Below are positions 32,072-34,868 of a stretch of 34,868 bases of DNA, piece after piece. How positions within the stretch are numbered: the stretch's first letter is position 1; the number at the start of each line of letters is the position of its first letter. Position numbers and translations under genes: made by a program. The stretch is from a virus (lineage: Duplodnaviria > Caudoviricetes), in the IMG/VR virus record IMGVR_UViG_3300032227_000395, positions 1-34,868 of that record; one strand, 5' to 3'. Below the pieces are notes generated by a model. That model worked only from the letters and a program-made list of their open reading frames with translations, searched no databases and was not told the origin of the DNA.

Positions 32072-34868
32072 TAGAGAAACCAAAAAAAGAAAGACGTTTT
32101 TTAAAGACGTTAGGAAAAATAGGTGAGATTTTAATCCAGGATGTTTTATTGAAAGTGGGTAGTAATTTGATTAAGAGGATTGGGGGCAAAAAAACATTGC
32201 CTTCAATTCTTATTTTATTTATTTCTATTTCCCTCTTTGCTCAGTACCCAGCAAATCCTAACAAACAAAGATTAGGTTTCCAGACTACGGCAGACGGCTT
32301 AGTTTGGCGTGGTTCATTAAGTGATACAGCAAGCATTCAACCAACAACAAATCAAAATGCGTGGTTAATTATTGACACGATTAATTTAAAAATATATTCC
32401 TTTGATTTTACTTCCAATGTTTGGGGATTGGTTGGCGGTGGAACATCGGGTTTAACCATGCCTTTTGATTCAATTACCTTTAACACGGCAAAGGATGGAA
32501 CGGTCGGAGTAGGTGAGGTTGAATATAATGACACTCAAGGCTCTTTGATTCAAGGATTAAAAGGTGGAGATGTTACCAATGTTATTGGGCAACAATTACA
32601 CCAACGCGTAAACAATCGCACAGGTGCAACGTTAGCAAAAGGTACTGTGGTGTATTTGTCAGGAAGTCGGGGTAACAAGATAACCGTTGCAAAAGCATTA
32701 GGCGTTACCGATGCTTTTTCGGCTAACACCTTTGGAATTGTTGCGGAAAACATATTAAATAATCAAAGCGGTTATGTTATAACTGAGGGGTTGATTACAA
32801 ATATAAATACAAGTGCATTAGTTGAAGATTCAGCGGTTTATCTTTCGCCAACGGTGGCTGGTGGCTTGACATCAACAAAACCGCAAGCGCCACAACACAC
32901 GGTATATATTGGCGTTTGCGTTAAAAGTAATGTTGGTTCTGGTGAATTATTTGTTAAGATTCGTAACGGTCAAGAATTAGACGAATTACACGATGTTCGA
33001 ATTAGTAATCCTTCAAATAATGCCTCACTTTATTATAAATCAAGTGAAGGTATTTGGCGCGACACAACGCCAACACTTTTAGTAAGCGATACGGCTACAA
33101 TGTTAGCCAACTATGCAACTAAAGCATATGCAGATACAAGTGGCAGATTTTATGCCCGTCAAGATTTTACCAATGTTTCTTCAAGTACTTTAACGTGGAC
33201 ACAGTCAGACACATTAGTAGTTGGTGGCGTAAATGTGGTGCAAGTTTACCGGAATGGACAAATATTGTTACCTACTCAATATACTATACCTACAAATACC
33301 TCCGTGGTTATTGGTGCAACTGCCTATAAATTAGGTGAAAATTATACGGTGATTTTCCCACGTGGTGGCGGCGCTGGTTCGGGAGGTGGTAGCGGGTCAC
33401 TCACCTCAATATCGGGAGGTACGGGAATAATAGTTAATCCAAATCCAATCACAACAACGGGAACGGTATCAGCTGATACATCATTTTTATTCACTCAGTC
33501 CGATACCTTAAACCTTAATTTAACTTCGAGATTTTCCTTAAAATTAAATGCAGCTGATACAACTTCCTTATCAAATCGCATAAATGCAAAAGGAACGGGC
33601 ACCGTTACAAGTGTAGGCTCAGGCTTCGGTTTACTTGGTGGAACAATCACCACGACAGGTACTTTGCGTTTAGATACAACTACTATTTACGCAAGGTTGC
33701 AAGATTCAATCAATGTTGCCATTGGTGGCGATACCATAAAAATTTTAAAACAAGAATATCAACCAGCTTTATCAAGTGTTTTAACATGGACGATTACCCC
33801 AAAATTTCCTATTCAATTAAAGGCATATATTTTGGTTTTTAGGAATGGACAACTTTTAAACAATGACCAATATAATTTAACGGACACAAATAAAATTACC
33901 ATTGTTTCGACATCTTTTAAAGTAGGTGCTAATTACACAGTCGCAACGGTAAGCGGTATTGGTTCGGTTGGTTCGGCTCAGGCAGGAAATCCTGTTTATC
34001 CAGAGGCAGGCATAGCCTTGTCAACGGGCACGACGTGGGCTTCATCTATTCCTAATAATTCGGCTAATTGGAACACCGCTTACAATGATAAAATAAATAG
34101 CTTAGCGGTAACGGGCACAACGACAAAAACTATTACTTTGACTCAGCAAGACGGGGGCACGGTATCGGGTAATTTTTCGGACAACGGAACGGTTACAAGC
34201 ATTGATATGACCGTGCCAACGGGTTTAGCTATTTCAGGGCAACCAATAACAACTTCAGGAACATTGGCGTTAAGCTATGCCTCAGGTTATGCCATACCAA
34301 CAGACATAAAACAAAACGAATGGAATACGGCGTATAATGACAAGATAAACAATGCAGCTTTCACGGGAACAGATATAAAGACATTAACCTTAACTCAACT
34401 TGACGGTGGAACATTGACGCCAACGTTTACCGATTTACAAGGGGTGACGGGCGTAACAGGTGGAACAGGGTTAACGGGTGGAACAATAACCACGACGGGA
34501 ACTTTAGCGGCTGATACCAATTTCATTGTAACAAGGTTTGATACAAGCGCGATGCTTTTGCCTTATCTAAGGAAGGCAGATACGGCTTCAATGCTTTTAC
34601 CTTACTTTAGAGATTCTGATACTTCTTTGTTAAATTTAACAAATAGATTTGCGGCAAAACTAAATTTATCGGATACCTTAAGTATGTTAAGCAGATATTT
34701 ACGTAGAGCGGATACGACGTCTATGTTACTACCTTATTTACGTAGAGCGGATACAACTTTAATGTTAACGCCTTACCTCCGTAAATCGGATACAACAAAT
34801 ATGTTAGTGCCATACTTTCGTGATGTTGACACCACATCATTAAATCTTACCTCAAGATTTGCGGCAAA
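32068..34868 (+). CDS. tail fibre-like protein, truncated at the window end (about 933 codons, not in the ORF track)
   Basis: Open to the end; VYLS..AG.LT.TKP.AP, ELDELHDV, GTVTSV, ITTTGT, WNTAY and V.RNGQ modules; signal-peptide-like KKTLPSILILFISISLFAQ. Confidence 0.85.
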   Translation, partial: MIEKPKKERRFLKTLGKIGEILIQDVLLKVGSNLIKRIGGKKTLPSILILFISISLFAQYPANPNKQRLGFQTTADGLVWRGSLSDTASIQPTTNQNAWLIIDTINLKIYSFDFTSNVWGLVGGGTSGLTMPFDSITFNTAKDGTVGVGEVEYNDTQGSLIQGLKGGDVTNVIGQQLHQRVNNRTGATLAKGTVVYLSGSRGNKITVAKALGVTDAFSANTFGIVAENILNNQSGYVITEGLITNINTSALVEDSAVYLSPTVAGGLTSTKPQAPQHTVYIGVCVKSNVGSGELFVKIRNGQELDELHDVRISNPSNNASLYYKSSEGIWRDTTPTLLVSDTATMLANYATKAYADTSGRFYARQDFTNVSSSTLTWTQSDTLVVGGVNVVQVYRNGQILLPTQYTIPTNTSVVIGATAYKLGENYTVIFPRGGGAGSGGGSGSLTSISGGTGIIVNPNPITTTGTVSADTSFLFTQSDTLNLNLTSRFSLKLNAADTTSLSNRINAKGTGTVTSVGSGFGLLGGTITTTGTLRLDTTTIYARLQDSINVAIGGDTIKILKQEYQPALSSVLTWTITPKFPIQLKAYILVFRNGQLLNNDQYNLTDTNKITIVSTSFKVGANYTVATVSGIGSVGSAQAGNPVYPEAGIALSTGTTWASSIPNNSANWNTAYNDKINSLAVTGTTTKTITLTQQDGGTVSGNFSDNGTVTSIDMTVPTGLAISGQPITTSGTLALSYASGYAIPTDIKQNEWNTAYNDKINNAAFTGTDIKTLTLTQLDGGTLTPTFTDLQGVTGVTGGTGLTGGTITTTGTLAADTNFIVTRFDTSAMLLPYLRKADTASMLLPYFRDSDTSLLNLTNRFAAKLNLSDTLSMLSRYLRRADTTSMLLPYLRRADTTLMLTPYLRKSDTTNMLVPYFRDVDTTSLNLTSRFAA
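34540..34868 (+). repeat. 13-aa (39-nt) tandem repeats DTxxML.PY(L/F)Rxx in the fibre
   Basis: DTSAMLLPYLRKA, DTASMLLPYFRDS, DTLSMLSRYLRRA, DTTSMLLPYLRRA, DTTLMLTPYLRKS, DTTNMLVPYFRDV. Confidence 0.85.

Noticed and set aside
34540-34868. Diversity-generating retroelement repeats
   Set aside because: These are in-frame protein repeats without adenine-specific variation, and no reverse transcriptase is present.

Overview
A 34.9-kb segment of a tailed dsDNA phage (siphovirus-like), most likely infecting a Bacteroidota host: it has TAnnTTTG promoters, A-rich gene starts with no obvious Shine-Dalgarno, an Ala-Gln signal-peptide cleavage site and D-T/S glycosylation sequons. A divergent promoter at ~11860-11920 splits the window. 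The leftward (-) arm holds a GH73 peptidoglycan hydrolase, small membrane peptides, dCTP deaminase, a DUF5664-like dNTP pyrophosphohydrolase, PD-(D/E)xK nucleases, a PAPS-reductase-like protein, a replication initiator with internal iterons, a ParB-MTase and a SAM methyltransferase. The rightward (+) arm holds SSB, a glycosyltransferase, a second ParB-MTase, the terminase, tail genes, the tape measure, a Clp protease, the capsid, tail tube, portal, adaptor and a truncated fibre. The main candidate novel system is an RNA cassette at 11070-11855: three tRNA-shaped RNAs with replaced anticodon arms, interleaved with two copies of a structured RNA with identical ends and unrelated middles, plus a probable anti-defence sponge gene. 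Other highlights are a kissing-loop attenuator-like leader, a -1 frameshift, and a fibre with an apparent signal peptide and dense O-glycosylation sequons. All family calls come from motif recognition by eye; no searches were run.
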